Assembly (NCBI GenBank): GCA_963704435.1
Contig: OY969902.1
Span: 300,001-332,000 of the forward strand
Reading direction: 5' to 3'
Length of the DNA: 32,000 nt
DNA from: an uncultured archaeon
GTDB lineage: Archaea > Micrarchaeota > Micrarchaeia > Micrarchaeales > CABMGC01
A program made the position numbers and the translations under genes. The notes under the pieces were generated by a model that did not search any database, was not told where the DNA came from, and saw nothing but the letters and a program-made list of their open reading frames with translations. The first letter of the stretch is position 1. Every line of letters starts with the position of its first letter. This document shows, in pieces, positions 8,097 through 16,776 of this stretch.

Positions 8097-8498
8097 CTAC
8101 ACTTTAGATGCGCAGAAAGCACAGCGCTTTGCTCCTATAGGTATATTAGAAAGGCATTCTGGGCATTGCTTCGTGGTCGGGGAAGCGGGGGTCTTCTTCG
8201 AAGTCATTTCTTTCATTCTGGAGACTGGTTTTACTATGAAGAAGAAGACTACTAGCGCTATAGTGATGAAATTTATTATTGCATTGACGAACGAGCCTAT
8301 CATGAACACGCTGCCATTAATCGTATAGGTCAGCGAAGAGAAATCGACATGGCCGGGAATGCCTATCAACGGCGTTATGATGTCTGTCACGAATGCCGTT
8401 ATGATGGCATTGAAGGCGACGCCTATTATCACTGCGACTGCGAGATTAATCACGTCTCCCTTCATAATGAAGTCTTTGAATTCGTCTGTCAAGGACAT
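8097..8498 (-). CDS. mscL: large-conductance mechanosensitive channel MscL with C-terminal zinc ribbon
   Basis: Start taken at the internal Met 'MSLTDEFKDFIMKGDVINLAVAVIIGVAF', a close MscL N-terminal signature. The longer track ORF would run into tRNA-Val. The C-terminus reads 'CPEC...CAFC'. Confidence 0.85.
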   Translation of the reverse strand: MSLTDEFKDFIMKGDVINLAVAVIIGVAFNAIITAFVTDIITPLIGIPGHVDFSSLTYTINGSVFMIGSFVNAIINFITIALVVFFFIVKPVSRMKEMTSKKTPASPTTKQCPECLSNIPIGAKRCAFCASKV

Positions 8499-8600
8499 GA
8501 TATAGCAATAGTAATTAGTCTTTTTATAGATTACATCCTGGCCTTGATGATGTGGAGGCTTAGGATTTCTGAACCCAGCGCCTTCGACGGTAAATGTAAT

Positions 8601-8671
8601 TGGAGGCACAGGGAATCGAACCCAGACTCACACCGTGTAAGGGTGTTGTCCTACCATTAGACGATGCCTCC
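8601..8671 (-). tRNA. tRNA-Val, anticodon UAC, no encoded CCA
   Basis: The reverse complement folds as follows. Acceptor GGAGGCA/TGCCTCC; D arm GTCT/GGAC; anticodon stem ACACC/GGTGT with loop CTTACAC; T arm CTGGG-TTCGATT-CCCTG with one U-U mismatch; discriminator A. Confidence 0.75.
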
Positions 8672-8676
8672 ACCTC

Positions 8677-9894
8677 CTATCTCTTGTGCTTCCTGCAGAA
8701 TTTGTTTATCTTATCTATTGCCGATTCTAATATGTCTTTCGTTGGGAGCGCGACGATCCTTATGTGGCCGGCGCAGCCGAAGCCTGACCCGCGCGTGAGC
8801 TGGACATACTCCTCCTTGAGCAGCCTGTCTACGAACTCCCTGTCGGTCCTTATCCTGATGGCGCTCCAGTCAACCTTCGGGAAGAGGTAGAACGCGCCGC
8901 TCGGCCTGACCGTCTCAAGATACCTGCTCTCGTTGACCAGTTTCGTGGCGAAGTTGACCCTGCTCGCTATCTGCCTCAACATCGCGCCCATCGCCCTCTT
9001 GTGCTCCGCGACGTTGTTCAGCCCCGCCGCGAAGGCGTACTGCGCGGGTGTGTTTGGCGAGAGCCTCAGCATCGCGAAATCAGCGAGCTTCTCCCTGACG
9101 GCTACGGAAGCCCTATCGTCCCCTGGAATCAGGAAGAAGCCTATCCTGAAGCCGGTCGCGTCGAATCCTTTGGATGCGCCGTTGAGTATGACATACGGCA
9201 TCCCCCTGGCGAGCTCGCAGACGCTCGTGAACCGCGCTCCGTTGAACACCAGCTCATCGTATATCTCGTCGCTTATCAGAAGGATCCCGTGCTCGTTCGA
9301 AAGGTCCACCAGCTCCCTCAGCACGTTCCTGCCCAGGACCGTGCCGGTGGGATTGTTCGGATTGGTGACTAGCAGGTACTTCGGCTTCCTTCCTCTCAGC
9401 TTGGCCAGCGTGCGCGCAAGGGAGTCCACATCCACGCCCCAGCCTGAGGACTCCTCATACCTGCCGTCCACCTCAACCCCGCCGTAGAGCCTGAGGTACG
9501 GCCTATAGAGGGGATAGCTAGGCCTGAACAGCACTGCGCGGTCGCCCTTGTCGATGAGCGCGGCATTGGCCAACGCTATGGCCTCGCTGACCCCCTGGGT
9601 CATTATCACGTGCTTGAAGTCGGTCTTGAGGCCGTATCTCCTCTCATACCTTTTCGCAACCGCCTCCCTGAGCTCCCTGACACCACGTGGGTCTGAGTAT
9701 CCGGTCTTGCCCTCCCTGATTGCCTCCACATAGGCATCCAGGATGTACCTGGGAGTCCTGAAGTACGCAGCAGGATCGCCCCGGTTTAGCTTCAGCACCT
9801 TCCTCCTCTCCTCCGCAAGCTCGTCCGCGACCCGATCCTCCTCCTCTATCGGGTTCTCTGCGAAGGCGCTTCTCCGAGAAAGCAGCGACACCAT
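8677..9894 (-). CDS. PLP-dependent aminotransferase, class I/II (Ala/Asp aminotransferase-like)
   Basis: 405 aa with 'NPNNPTG' and the PLP-lysine motif 'SKGFDATGFRIG'. Confidence 0.85.
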   Translation of the reverse strand: MVSLLSRRSAFAENPIEEEDRVADELAEERRKVLKLNRGDPAAYFRTPRYILDAYVEAIREGKTGYSDPRGVRELREAVAKRYERRYGLKTDFKHVIMTQGVSEAIALANAALIDKGDRAVLFRPSYPLYRPYLRLYGGVEVDGRYEESSGWGVDVDSLARTLAKLRGRKPKYLLVTNPNNPTGTVLGRNVLRELVDLSNEHGILLISDEIYDELVFNGARFTSVCELARGMPYVILNGASKGFDATGFRIGFFLIPGDDRASVAVREKLADFAMLRLSPNTPAQYAFAAGLNNVAEHKRAMGAMLRQIASRVNFATKLVNESRYLETVRPSGAFYLFPKVDWSAIRIRTDREFVDRLLKEEYVQLTRGSGFGCAGHIRIVALPTKDILESAIDKINKFCRKHKR

Positions 9895-9920
9895 ACCATC
9901 GGTAATCTAGCAAAATGTGG

Positions 9921-9929
9921 CTATATATG
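9921..9929. promoter_or_regulatory. palindromic TATA-like element between divergent genes
   Basis: The motif 'ctatatatg' lies about 27-35 nt upstream of the aminotransferase ATG (9894, minus). It also lies upstream of the pilin-like gene, which has an SD-like 'ggaaggtg' (9972-9979) before its ATG at 9988. Confidence 0.4.
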
Positions 9930-9987
9930 CTTTGCTGTCATATGACGTCTGTTTAAGCCATTGAGCAAATCGGAAGGTGTTTTTTCG

Positions 9988-11634
9988 ATGCCCGAAGGGA
10001 CCTGGGAAAAGATCGTGAAGGACGCGCCGCCCAAAAAGGCGCAGCCCGCAATAGAATATTTCCTGACCTACGGATGGGCCATCATCGTAATTGCAATAAT
10101 AATGGCCATACTCTTTGTGTTCATTCTCGCACCCACCACATTCGTTCCCTCCTCCTGCACGTTCTCATACGGATCATACTGCGACGACGTGGTCATGAGC
10201 TATAACTCAGTCTCTAGCAGCGTGTGGATGCTCTTCACAAACTCCCAGTCATATCCTCTGCTGGCTCCGACGATACAGCTGAATGCCAGCGGCATCCCTG
10301 CGACGGCAGGCACCTGCAGGCCTAACTTGGCGCTTGCGGGGGGCGCAATCCTATGCAGCGTGGTTCTGCCTGCGAACTCCGTGGCCATCGGCCAGAGCGT
10401 ATCAGGAAGCATGTATCTCACCGTGACGCCGTGCCAGAGCGGAAATGCGGTAGTCTGCGCAAACAGTATAAGGCAGACTTACTCAGGGCATTTCACAGTG
10501 CAGACGGCGACCTCACCATCTAACACGCTGACAATTACCCTTGCAGAGCAGAGCCCCTACTGGCAGGCCGGCTCAGGCACGGGGGACAGGCTCACGGCGA
10601 ACGTCAGACTCTTCGGAACGCCTCTTACAGGAGCGACAGTGAACTTCACGGCTAACTCTTTGGCAGTGAGCATAAGCCCCACTCAGATAGGCACCGACGG
10701 CAACGGGAACGCGTACACCTCGGTCGCGTCTTCTACGTTGGGCACAGTGACCGTCAACGCAGTGTTCGCGAACGTTTCTGCGACAAACACCATAATCTTC
10801 CAGCCGATGCCAACGACATCCACCTCGAGCATCTCTACTCCAACTTCATCGACATCTATAACGTCAACAGCTTCCACCTCAACTTCGGCAACCACTACAA
10901 CTATTGTTTCGTTAGCCCCTCTGGATTGTGTCCTCCTGCCCTCGATTTATTGCATCACATCAAGCGGGATGTATTACTGGTCGGGTTCATGGACATATAG
11001 TGACGTTGCGCCTCCCGGAACCGCCGCGGGAAGTCCTATAAGCTGCTACGTTAGTCCTAGCCTTAATTGCATCACCCCGAGCGGATGGTACCTGTACGCC
11101 GATCCTGGATGGACATATGAAACTTCCGCGCCTTCCGGAACCGTGGCTGGCAGCCCTCTGAGCTGCTTCATTGACGGCCAGCTCTACTGCATTAATCCAA
11201 GCGGTTTCTATGAGTATGTCTCAGGATGGAGATATAATGCCGCCGCGCCTCCCGGAACCGCAGCGGGCAGCCCCCTAAGTTGCATCCCGGACGCGCCCGC
11301 TTCCGAGATCTACTGCATCACCCCGAGCGGGTACGAAGAGTGGACGATTGCAGAGTCCTGGATATCTAGTGTAGCGCCTCCTGGAGTTGCTGCAGGCAAT
11401 CCGCTATACTGCTTCCTTCCCTCTTCTCTTTATTGCATCACCCCGAGCGGCTGGTACTTGTTTTCCGATCCTGGATGGACATATGAAACTTCCGCGCCTT
11501 CCGGAACCACCGCAGGCACCCCCCTGGTTTGCTTCTATTACAGCAGTGAGCTTTACTGCGTCAATCCAAGCGGTTTCTACGAGTATAGCGCAGGGATATT
11601 CACCAGCATAGGTTCTGCACCCCCCGGAGCTTAA
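9988..11634 (+). CDS. class III (type IV pilin-like) signal-peptide protein with Ig-like domain, Thr/Ser linker and 7 Cys-containing C-terminal repeats
   Basis: The ATG at 9988 is preferred because of the SD; the track uses the TTG at 9961. 'KKAQPAIEYFLTYGWAIIVIAIIMAILFVF' matches the archaeal class III signal peptide pattern (Q-x-x-x-E-Y followed by a hydrophobic stretch). A 'TVNFTANS...GTDGNGNAY...TVTVNAVF' region looks Big/Ig-like. An S/T-rich linker and tandem repeats follow. Confidence 0.8.
   Translation: MPEGTWEKIVKDAPPKKAQPAIEYFLTYGWAIIVIAIIMAILFVFILAPTTFVPSSCTFSYGSYCDDVVMSYNSVSSSVWMLFTNSQSYPLLAPTIQLNASGIPATAGTCRPNLALAGGAILCSVVLPANSVAIGQSVSGSMYLTVTPCQSGNAVVCANSIRQTYSGHFTVQTATSPSNTLTITLAEQSPYWQAGSGTGDRLTANVRLFGTPLTGATVNFTANSLAVSISPTQIGTDGNGNAYTSVASSTLGTVTVNAVFANVSATNTIIFQPMPTTSTSSISTPTSSTSITSTASTSTSATTTTIVSLAPLDCVLLPSIYCITSSGMYYWSGSWTYSDVAPPGTAAGSPISCYVSPSLNCITPSGWYLYADPGWTYETSAPSGTVAGSPLSCFIDGQLYCINPSGFYEYVSGWRYNAAAPPGTAAGSPLSCIPDAPASEIYCITPSGYEEWTIAESWISSVAPPGVAAGNPLYCFLPSSLYCITPSGWYLFSDPGWTYETSAPSGTTAGTPLVCFYYSSELYCVNPSGFYEYSAGIFTSIGSAPPGA
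10921..11631 (+). repeat. in-frame tandem coding repeats: 7 units of about 38-43 aa, with a 366-nt (122-aa) higher-order period
   Basis: The unit pattern is 'YC[IV][TN]PSG[WF]Y...W.Y...AP[PS]G..AG.P[LI].C'. The DNA segments starting at 11066 and 11432 are nearly identical ('attgcatcaccccgagcgg.tggtac...gatcctggatggacatatgaaacttccgcgccttccggaacc'). Confidence 0.9.
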
Positions 11635-11664
11635 TTGCGCAATGTGTGCTGGCTACGCGCTAGG

Positions 11665-11775
11665 CTACTTGTACACCGACTCGGTGAGCTTGTCCGCGTA
11701 GTCGAGGGCGCCGCCAAGACCTATCTTCGGCAGCGGTATGAACACGAGGTTGTCTTCGACGGAGTTGCAGCTCAC
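11665..11775 (-). CDS. possible 36-aa micro-ORF coupled to dph6
   Basis: Manual translation gives (GTG)SCNSVEDNLVFIPLPKIGLGGALDYADKLTESVYK*. Its GTG overlaps the dph6 TGA as GTGA. There is no homology basis. Confidence 0.2.
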   Translation of the reverse strand: MSCNSVEDNLVFIPLPKIGLGGALDYADKLTESVYK

Positions 11776-12440
11776 TTGTCCTCAAGCATGGCATCCTCTA
11801 TGGTGTAGGTTCCTCTCCCATTCGAGAACGCCGTCTCCGATTTTTCGACCACTATCCTTTTCCTGAACAGCGGCGCGTCCAGCACGAACGTCTCCGCCTC
11901 TCCTCCTTCGAAGAGCGGGTTTATTCCATACGTCCTGCTCAGCTCCATCACCCTTTCCGCCATCTTCCTGTCTATTCTCTTACCAAGGAAAGTACTGTCA
12001 AGGCCTTCCGCGGACACTGCAGTCATTATTACTTCGTAGTTGTCCGCGAGCTCGTTGAGCTCAGAGATCGGCTCTATGTGCCAGAGGGGCGCCATATGCT
12101 CTATGCCGAGCCTTCTCGTCATCGCGTTTATGCGGTCTCCCTGATATCTGCTGTACGTAGCGCCAGTCACCAGCAGTTTTACCTCGTTGCCCACAAGCGC
12201 CTGCTCAAGATCCGCCAGCTCCTTCTCCTTCTCTCCTTTGGTGTTTGCTAAGACGTGCTTTATTCCCAGCGCCTCCGCCTGCAGCCTCGTATATTCGACG
12301 TTGGGATAATGGAACATGTAGCTCTCCTTGTTCGCAGATCTCATCGTTATCAAGAGATCTATCCTTATCCCGGCCGCGACCGCTTTATGGAGCGCGAGCG
12401 TGGAATCCTTGCCTCCGCTGAAAAGGCACGCGTTGGTCAT
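11772..12440 (-). CDS. dph6: diphthine--ammonia ligase / MJ0570-type PP-loop ATPase (diphthamide synthase)
   Basis: 222 aa with the PP-loop 'LFSGGKDST' and 'FEGGEAETFVLDAPLF', typical of the Dph6 N-terminal domain family. Confidence 0.8.
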   Translation of the reverse strand: MTNACLFSGGKDSTLALHKAVAAGIRIDLLITMRSANKESYMFHYPNVEYTRLQAEALGIKHVLANTKGEKEKELADLEQALVGNEVKLLVTGATYSRYQGDRINAMTRRLGIEHMAPLWHIEPISELNELADNYEVIMTAVSAEGLDSTFLGKRIDRKMAERVMELSRTYGINPLFEGGEAETFVLDAPLFRKRIVVEKSETAFSNGRGTYTIEDAMLEDK

Positions 12441-12542
12441 CGTTTCTTCCTCCTATTGAATGAATTGAGTACGCTTTTATAACCTATTTTATCAATAATA
12501 AATACTTAACAGAGAACAATTTGGACAAAAACCCGTGAACGC

Positions 12543-14240
12543 ATGTACATCCTTGGTTTGTGGGACGGTCATGATGCAGGCGCAGCCCTGCTTGAGGACG
12601 ACAGGATAGTCTTCGCTGCCAACGAGGAACGGTACACCAAGCGCAAGCTTGAGATAAAGTTCCCCTACAATTCGATAACTGCCGCGCTGTCCTATGCGGG
12701 CATAAAGCCTAGCGATGTAGAGACCGTCGCGTTCCCGACGACCGAGTTCGCGAAGACCCTCTCGCGAGTCCTTCCGTACCAGCAGGAGGCATACTACCAG
12801 TTCAGGAGAAGGAAGATGCTCAAGCCCAGGGGAGAGTCGGCAAGGCGCTTCCTGAAGTATGCGCAGACCGGAGTGGGCACGCTTCCCCTCTGCGGCACGG
12901 TGAGCAAGGCAGCGATATCCCGGCACCTCAGGAGCATTGGCTTCGGCAAATTCAAGCTTCACGGCGTTGACCATCACGAGTCGCACGCCGCCACTGCCGC
13001 CTTCACATCAGGATTCGACAAGGCGCTGGTCATCACCATCGACGGATTGGGGGATGGAGTGAGCGCATCCGTGAGCGTGCTCGACGGCGGAAAGCTCGAG
13101 AGGCAGCACTCGGTCAGCGCGAGGAACTCCATAGGCGTGTTCTTCGAGCAGGTCACCAACATCGTAGGCATGCGCGAGCTCGAGGACGAGGGCAAGGTCA
13201 TGGCGATGGCCTGTTACTCCTACCCCTTCCCGTTCGAGGAGAACAGGCTCAAGGACTTCTTCAGCGTGGAGGGGCTCGACATACGCGCGAAGTACGGGCC
13301 GAACGGCCAGTATGACGCGCTGAGCAGGATCGCGTGGTCGATGCCGAGGGAGCAGTTCTCCTACATGGCGCAGCAGCTCCTGGAGCGCGTGCTCGTCGAT
13401 TTCTTCACGAACGCCATCGAGCGGTTCGGCATCGGGAACGTGGCAATGGCTGGCGGAACGCTCTCGAACGTCAAGGCTAATATGCAGGTGAGGAACATCG
13501 AAGGGCTTAAGAGGTGGTTCATATTCCCGCACATGGGAGACGGAGGCATAGCTCTCGGAGCCGCGATGCACGTGAACCACGAGCTCAATGGGACCGGCGC
13601 ATACGAATTCAAGGACTCATACTTGGGGGACGGGTTCAGCGAGGGCTATGTCGAGGGGCTGCTCAGGAAGGAGAAGGGAATAAGGTTCGAGAGGGACGCA
13701 GACAGCAGCGCCCACGCCGCGGAGCTCATAAGCGGGGACGATTACGTCTTCTGGTTCCAGGGAAGGATGGAGTACGGGCCGCGAGCTCTAGGCAACAGGA
13801 GCATACTGGCGAAGGCGGGATCGGAGAGCGTGAAGGACAAGCTAAACACGTACGTCAAGCAGAGGGAATGGTACCAGCCGTTCGCGCCATCGATGCTGGA
13901 GGAAGAGTCTACCCGGTTGCTGGATGACATAAAGGGCAGCGACCGCTTCATGACCATGGCCTACAAGGTGAAAAAGGGCGCCGAGGGACTGATGAGGTCG
14001 GTAATCCACGTGGACGGCACCGCGAGGCCGCAGATGGTCGGCACCGAGAATCCGAATTATCGCGAGCTCCTGAGGAGGCTTGCGCAGCTCGATGGATACG
14101 GCATGGCGCTGAACACCAGCTTCAACATACATGGCATGCCGATAGTCAGGAGCCCGGAGGATGCGCTCGATACGATGAGGAAGACGAAGACGAGGCACAT
14201 GTTCCTCAACGGATTCTACGTTGAGAACACGGAGGCGTGA
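12543..14240 (+). CDS. carbamoyltransferase, NodU/CmcH/TobZ family
   Basis: 565 aa. It has 'ILGLWDGHDAGAALLEDDRIVFAANEERYTKRK', 'HHESHAATAAF', and a C-terminal 'HVDGTARPQ...NTSFN' YrdC/Kae1-like carbamoyltransferase signature. Confidence 0.85.
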   Translation: MYILGLWDGHDAGAALLEDDRIVFAANEERYTKRKLEIKFPYNSITAALSYAGIKPSDVETVAFPTTEFAKTLSRVLPYQQEAYYQFRRRKMLKPRGESARRFLKYAQTGVGTLPLCGTVSKAAISRHLRSIGFGKFKLHGVDHHESHAATAAFTSGFDKALVITIDGLGDGVSASVSVLDGGKLERQHSVSARNSIGVFFEQVTNIVGMRELEDEGKVMAMACYSYPFPFEENRLKDFFSVEGLDIRAKYGPNGQYDALSRIAWSMPREQFSYMAQQLLERVLVDFFTNAIERFGIGNVAMAGGTLSNVKANMQVRNIEGLKRWFIFPHMGDGGIALGAAMHVNHELNGTGAYEFKDSYLGDGFSEGYVEGLLRKEKGIRFERDADSSAHAAELISGDDYVFWFQGRMEYGPRALGNRSILAKAGSESVKDKLNTYVKQREWYQPFAPSMLEEESTRLLDDIKGSDRFMTMAYKVKKGAEGLMRSVIHVDGTARPQMVGTENPNYRELLRRLAQLDGYGMALNTSFNIHGMPIVRSPEDALDTMRKTKTRHMFLNGFYVENTEA

Positions 14241-14242
14241 CC

Positions 14243-15973
14243 ATGCTCCTCGGATACGCCACTACAGCGGCAGTGCTCGCGACCTTCGCGTCGCTTCTCC
14301 TCTTCGTCTTCATGGGCAGGAAGGAGCTACGCGAAGTCCTGTCGAAGTGCATAAACAGGTACTCCCTGATCGCGCTGCTCGCGATCCTAGCGTTCTTCAT
14401 AGCGTTCGCCGCTACGAGGGTGAGCGCCGTCTCCCAGCTGTATTTCGACGAGAACATCTACCAGGGGGTGGCGATCAACATCCTCAGCCACGGCAGCGCG
14501 CTGTGGTGCCAGTACGGAACTGGCTACCTGCGGAACTGCTTCTCGACCCAGGTGTACCACGACCCTGTGGGCTGGTCCGTCTTCATAGCGATGGCCTTCG
14601 CTCTATTCGGGATAGGCTTCAATACCGCTTACGGGCTCGAACTGGCGGTCGGCGCGATGTCCATAGTCGCTGTCTTCCTTCTCTCGAGCGTCCTGCTCGA
14701 CAGGAAGCGCCTTGCGGTGATAGCCACCGTCGCGTTCGTGACAATGCCGCAGCTCTACATCTGGTCTAGGACGCAGGCGGACATCGACCTGCCGTTCATG
14801 ATGCTGGCTACGCTGGCGTTCTTCTTCTTCTTCGTCTTCGAGAGGAAGAGGAGCTTCAACACCCTCGCGCTCTTCGCTTTCAGCCTGGTGCTCGTCGCGT
14901 ATGTCAGGATAGAGGCGATGCTCCTGATCGCGGTGTTCGCTGCGCTTTTTGTCGCTTTCGGCGATGGAGGGATAAGGAAATCGGTGCGCAGGAACCTGGC
15001 GGCCATCAGGCATGCGCTGGGCGATAACGCAAAGGCAATACTCCTGCTGATCGTCTTCATCGTGCTCCTCCTGCCTGAAATCTACTACGTGGCGTTGGAG
15101 TTCGCCAGCCCCAGCTACGGCCAGCCATCAGGGCAGGGCGTGCTGTCCCTGGCGAACTTCATGAGCAACGCGCCCACGAATGCGCTTTTCCTGACCGGGC
15201 TCCTATCGGGAATGAACAGCGCCGCGCTCTACCCGATCGTCTTCTCCGGAACGGTGATGTTCCTGGCCATCTTGGGGACGCTCCTCTTCGCCCTCGACTC
15301 CAGGCGCAGGGACAGGTTCTGCGTGCTCCTCGCGCTTTGGCTGTGGTTCGCGGTCTACTTCCTCTTCTACGCATCATTCTACGCGGGCAGCGCGACGTTC
15401 GGAGTCGACTCGAGGTTCATGCTGCAGACGCTGCCTCCTCTCTCACTGCTCGCGGCGCTGTGCGTTTTCGAGCTTGGCGAAGCAGCTTCGCGGCTTACGG
15501 AAGGCCGCAGAAAAGGCAGAAAACTCCGGTCCAGTATCGCGTTCTACGCGGTGGCGGGTGCGGTAGCTGCGGCGGCGTTCGCGTACCCGTTCGTTATGAT
15601 TGCGCCCGTAATAACCATGAGCCCGTCGAGCATGCCCCAGCAGTCGGTGATACTCAAGGCGGTCAACTTCTTCTACGCCAACTACAACTCCGTGCCGGAC
15701 AACTGCCTCGTGTTCTCGTTCACGCCGGACTTGTGGTACGAGGTGAACATAAGCTCCGCGCAGATAAACCTGATGGGAAGCGCCAGCATCAGCCAGGATC
15801 TGGGACAGAACAAGTGCGTCGTGCTCGACTACGGCTACTGGTGCGTGGTTCCGCCGTTCCGCGACACGACCTGCAAGATGCTGGCCCAGGAATACAAGAC
15901 GCGCGTGATCGCCTCGGCGTCCGCCGGTAACGGCTACAACACGACCTTCTACCAGATCCTGAACTACAGCTAG
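14243..15973 (+). CDS. GT-C fold glycosyltransferase (ArnT/PMT_2-like polytopic membrane protein)
   Basis: About 576 aa with more than 10 predicted TM segments. The first extracytoplasmic loop motif 'YFDENIYQ' is of the D-E type seen in GT39/GT83-like enzymes. The start is either the ATG at 14243 or the GTG at 14237, which overlaps the upstream TGA. Confidence 0.65.
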   Translation: MLLGYATTAAVLATFASLLLFVFMGRKELREVLSKCINRYSLIALLAILAFFIAFAATRVSAVSQLYFDENIYQGVAINILSHGSALWCQYGTGYLRNCFSTQVYHDPVGWSVFIAMAFALFGIGFNTAYGLELAVGAMSIVAVFLLSSVLLDRKRLAVIATVAFVTMPQLYIWSRTQADIDLPFMMLATLAFFFFFVFERKRSFNTLALFAFSLVLVAYVRIEAMLLIAVFAALFVAFGDGGIRKSVRRNLAAIRHALGDNAKAILLLIVFIVLLLPEIYYVALEFASPSYGQPSGQGVLSLANFMSNAPTNALFLTGLLSGMNSAALYPIVFSGTVMFLAILGTLLFALDSRRRDRFCVLLALWLWFAVYFLFYASFYAGSATFGVDSRFMLQTLPPLSLLAALCVFELGEAASRLTEGRRKGRKLRSSIAFYAVAGAVAAAAFAYPFVMIAPVITMSPSSMPQQSVILKAVNFFYANYNSVPDNCLVFSFTPDLWYEVNISSAQINLMGSASISQDLGQNKCVVLDYGYWCVVPPFRDTTCKMLAQEYKTRVIASASAGNGYNTTFYQILNYS

Positions 15974-16776
15974 GCGGGGTGCTTCTTCCTCTTCTTCAGG
16001 AACACGTACGCCAGTAGCGCCACCAGAAGCGCGACCACCGCGGCGGACGCCCACAGCAGTACCGACCCGAGGTCCAGGGGCGGGTTCAGCTTTTGCTGGG
16101 ATATAGAGAACGAGACGTACCTTGCGTATGAGAGATTGCCTTCCTCATACTGTGCGGCAGCGGCGACCCCGTAGGACACCTGCGCCGAGGACGGCAGTTT
16201 TAGGTAAAAGGTGGCGTTCTTCGTAATGTAGGGACCCAGACCTATTCTGAGCTGCCTGGCAGACTCGTATAAGAACGTCGGGGGCAGTATCAGCGAGACG
16301 TTGGCAGTTACATTGGCTGCGCTGAAAAGGGAAACGCTGACCTTGGCAGTTCCGTTGGGCCCAGGAGACACGCTCGGAGTGAGATATATCTGGGACACGG
16401 TGGTGTTGTGGAAGCTCACGAGGCACGGGAAGACCGCGGTGAAGGAGTCCATTCCCTGCATGTAGGTCGTCACAAAATAATCTGCGTACGTGCCCCTAGC
16501 GGTTATGTTCGACAGGGAGATGCTTACGTTGGCGCCAGCGCCAGGCTGCAGCAGGCCGTTCACCGCGTAGCCCTCGCTTGCGCTCCTGGCTCCGGAGATG
16601 AATGGCTGGATTCCTATGTTGTATGCGGTGTCGTTGCTTAAATTGGAGTTTGAGAGATTGAAGACGATTGAATTGCCGTCCACAGGATTTCTGCACAATC
16701 CGCTGAGCGTGAGCGTCCCGGCCGCGGCCAGGCTGGCCAGCAGCAGGAATGCCATTGCAAATGCGAACCTGCTCAC
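15970..16776 (-). CDS. secreted, sequon-rich surface protein with C-terminal TM plus basic tail (candidate archaeosortase substrate)
   Basis: Start taken at the GTG at 16776, a GTGA overlap with the speB stop. This gives the signal peptide '(M)SRFAFAMAFLLLASLAAAG'. There are more than 10 N-x-S/T sequons. The C-terminus reads 'PPLDLGSVLLWASAAVVALLVALLAYVFLKKRKKHPA'. Confidence 0.65.
   Translation of the reverse strand: MSRFAFAMAFLLLASLAAAGTLTLSGLCRNPVDGNSIVFNLSNSNLSNDTAYNIGIQPFISGARSASEGYAVNGLLQPGAGANVSISLSNITARGTYADYFVTTYMQGMDSFTAVFPCLVSFHNTTVSQIYLTPSVSPGPNGTAKVSVSLFSAANVTANVSLILPPTFLYESARQLRIGLGPYITKNATFYLKLPSSAQVSYGVAAAAQYEEGNLSYARYVSFSISQQKLNPPLDLGSVLLWASAAVVALLVALLAYVFLKKRKKHPA

Noticed and set aside
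8499-8609. N-terminal extension of the mscL ORF (track start at 8609).
   Set aside because: The extension would overlap tRNA-Val (8601-8671). The canonical MscL N-terminus begins at the internal Met at 8498.
10800-11631. Possibility that the repetitive DNA here is a CRISPR array or a non-coding satellite.
   Set aside because: The repeats are in-frame within one long ORF, are imperfect, have no unique spacers of constant length, and translate to a consistent peptide motif. No CRISPR-like array exists anywhere in the window.
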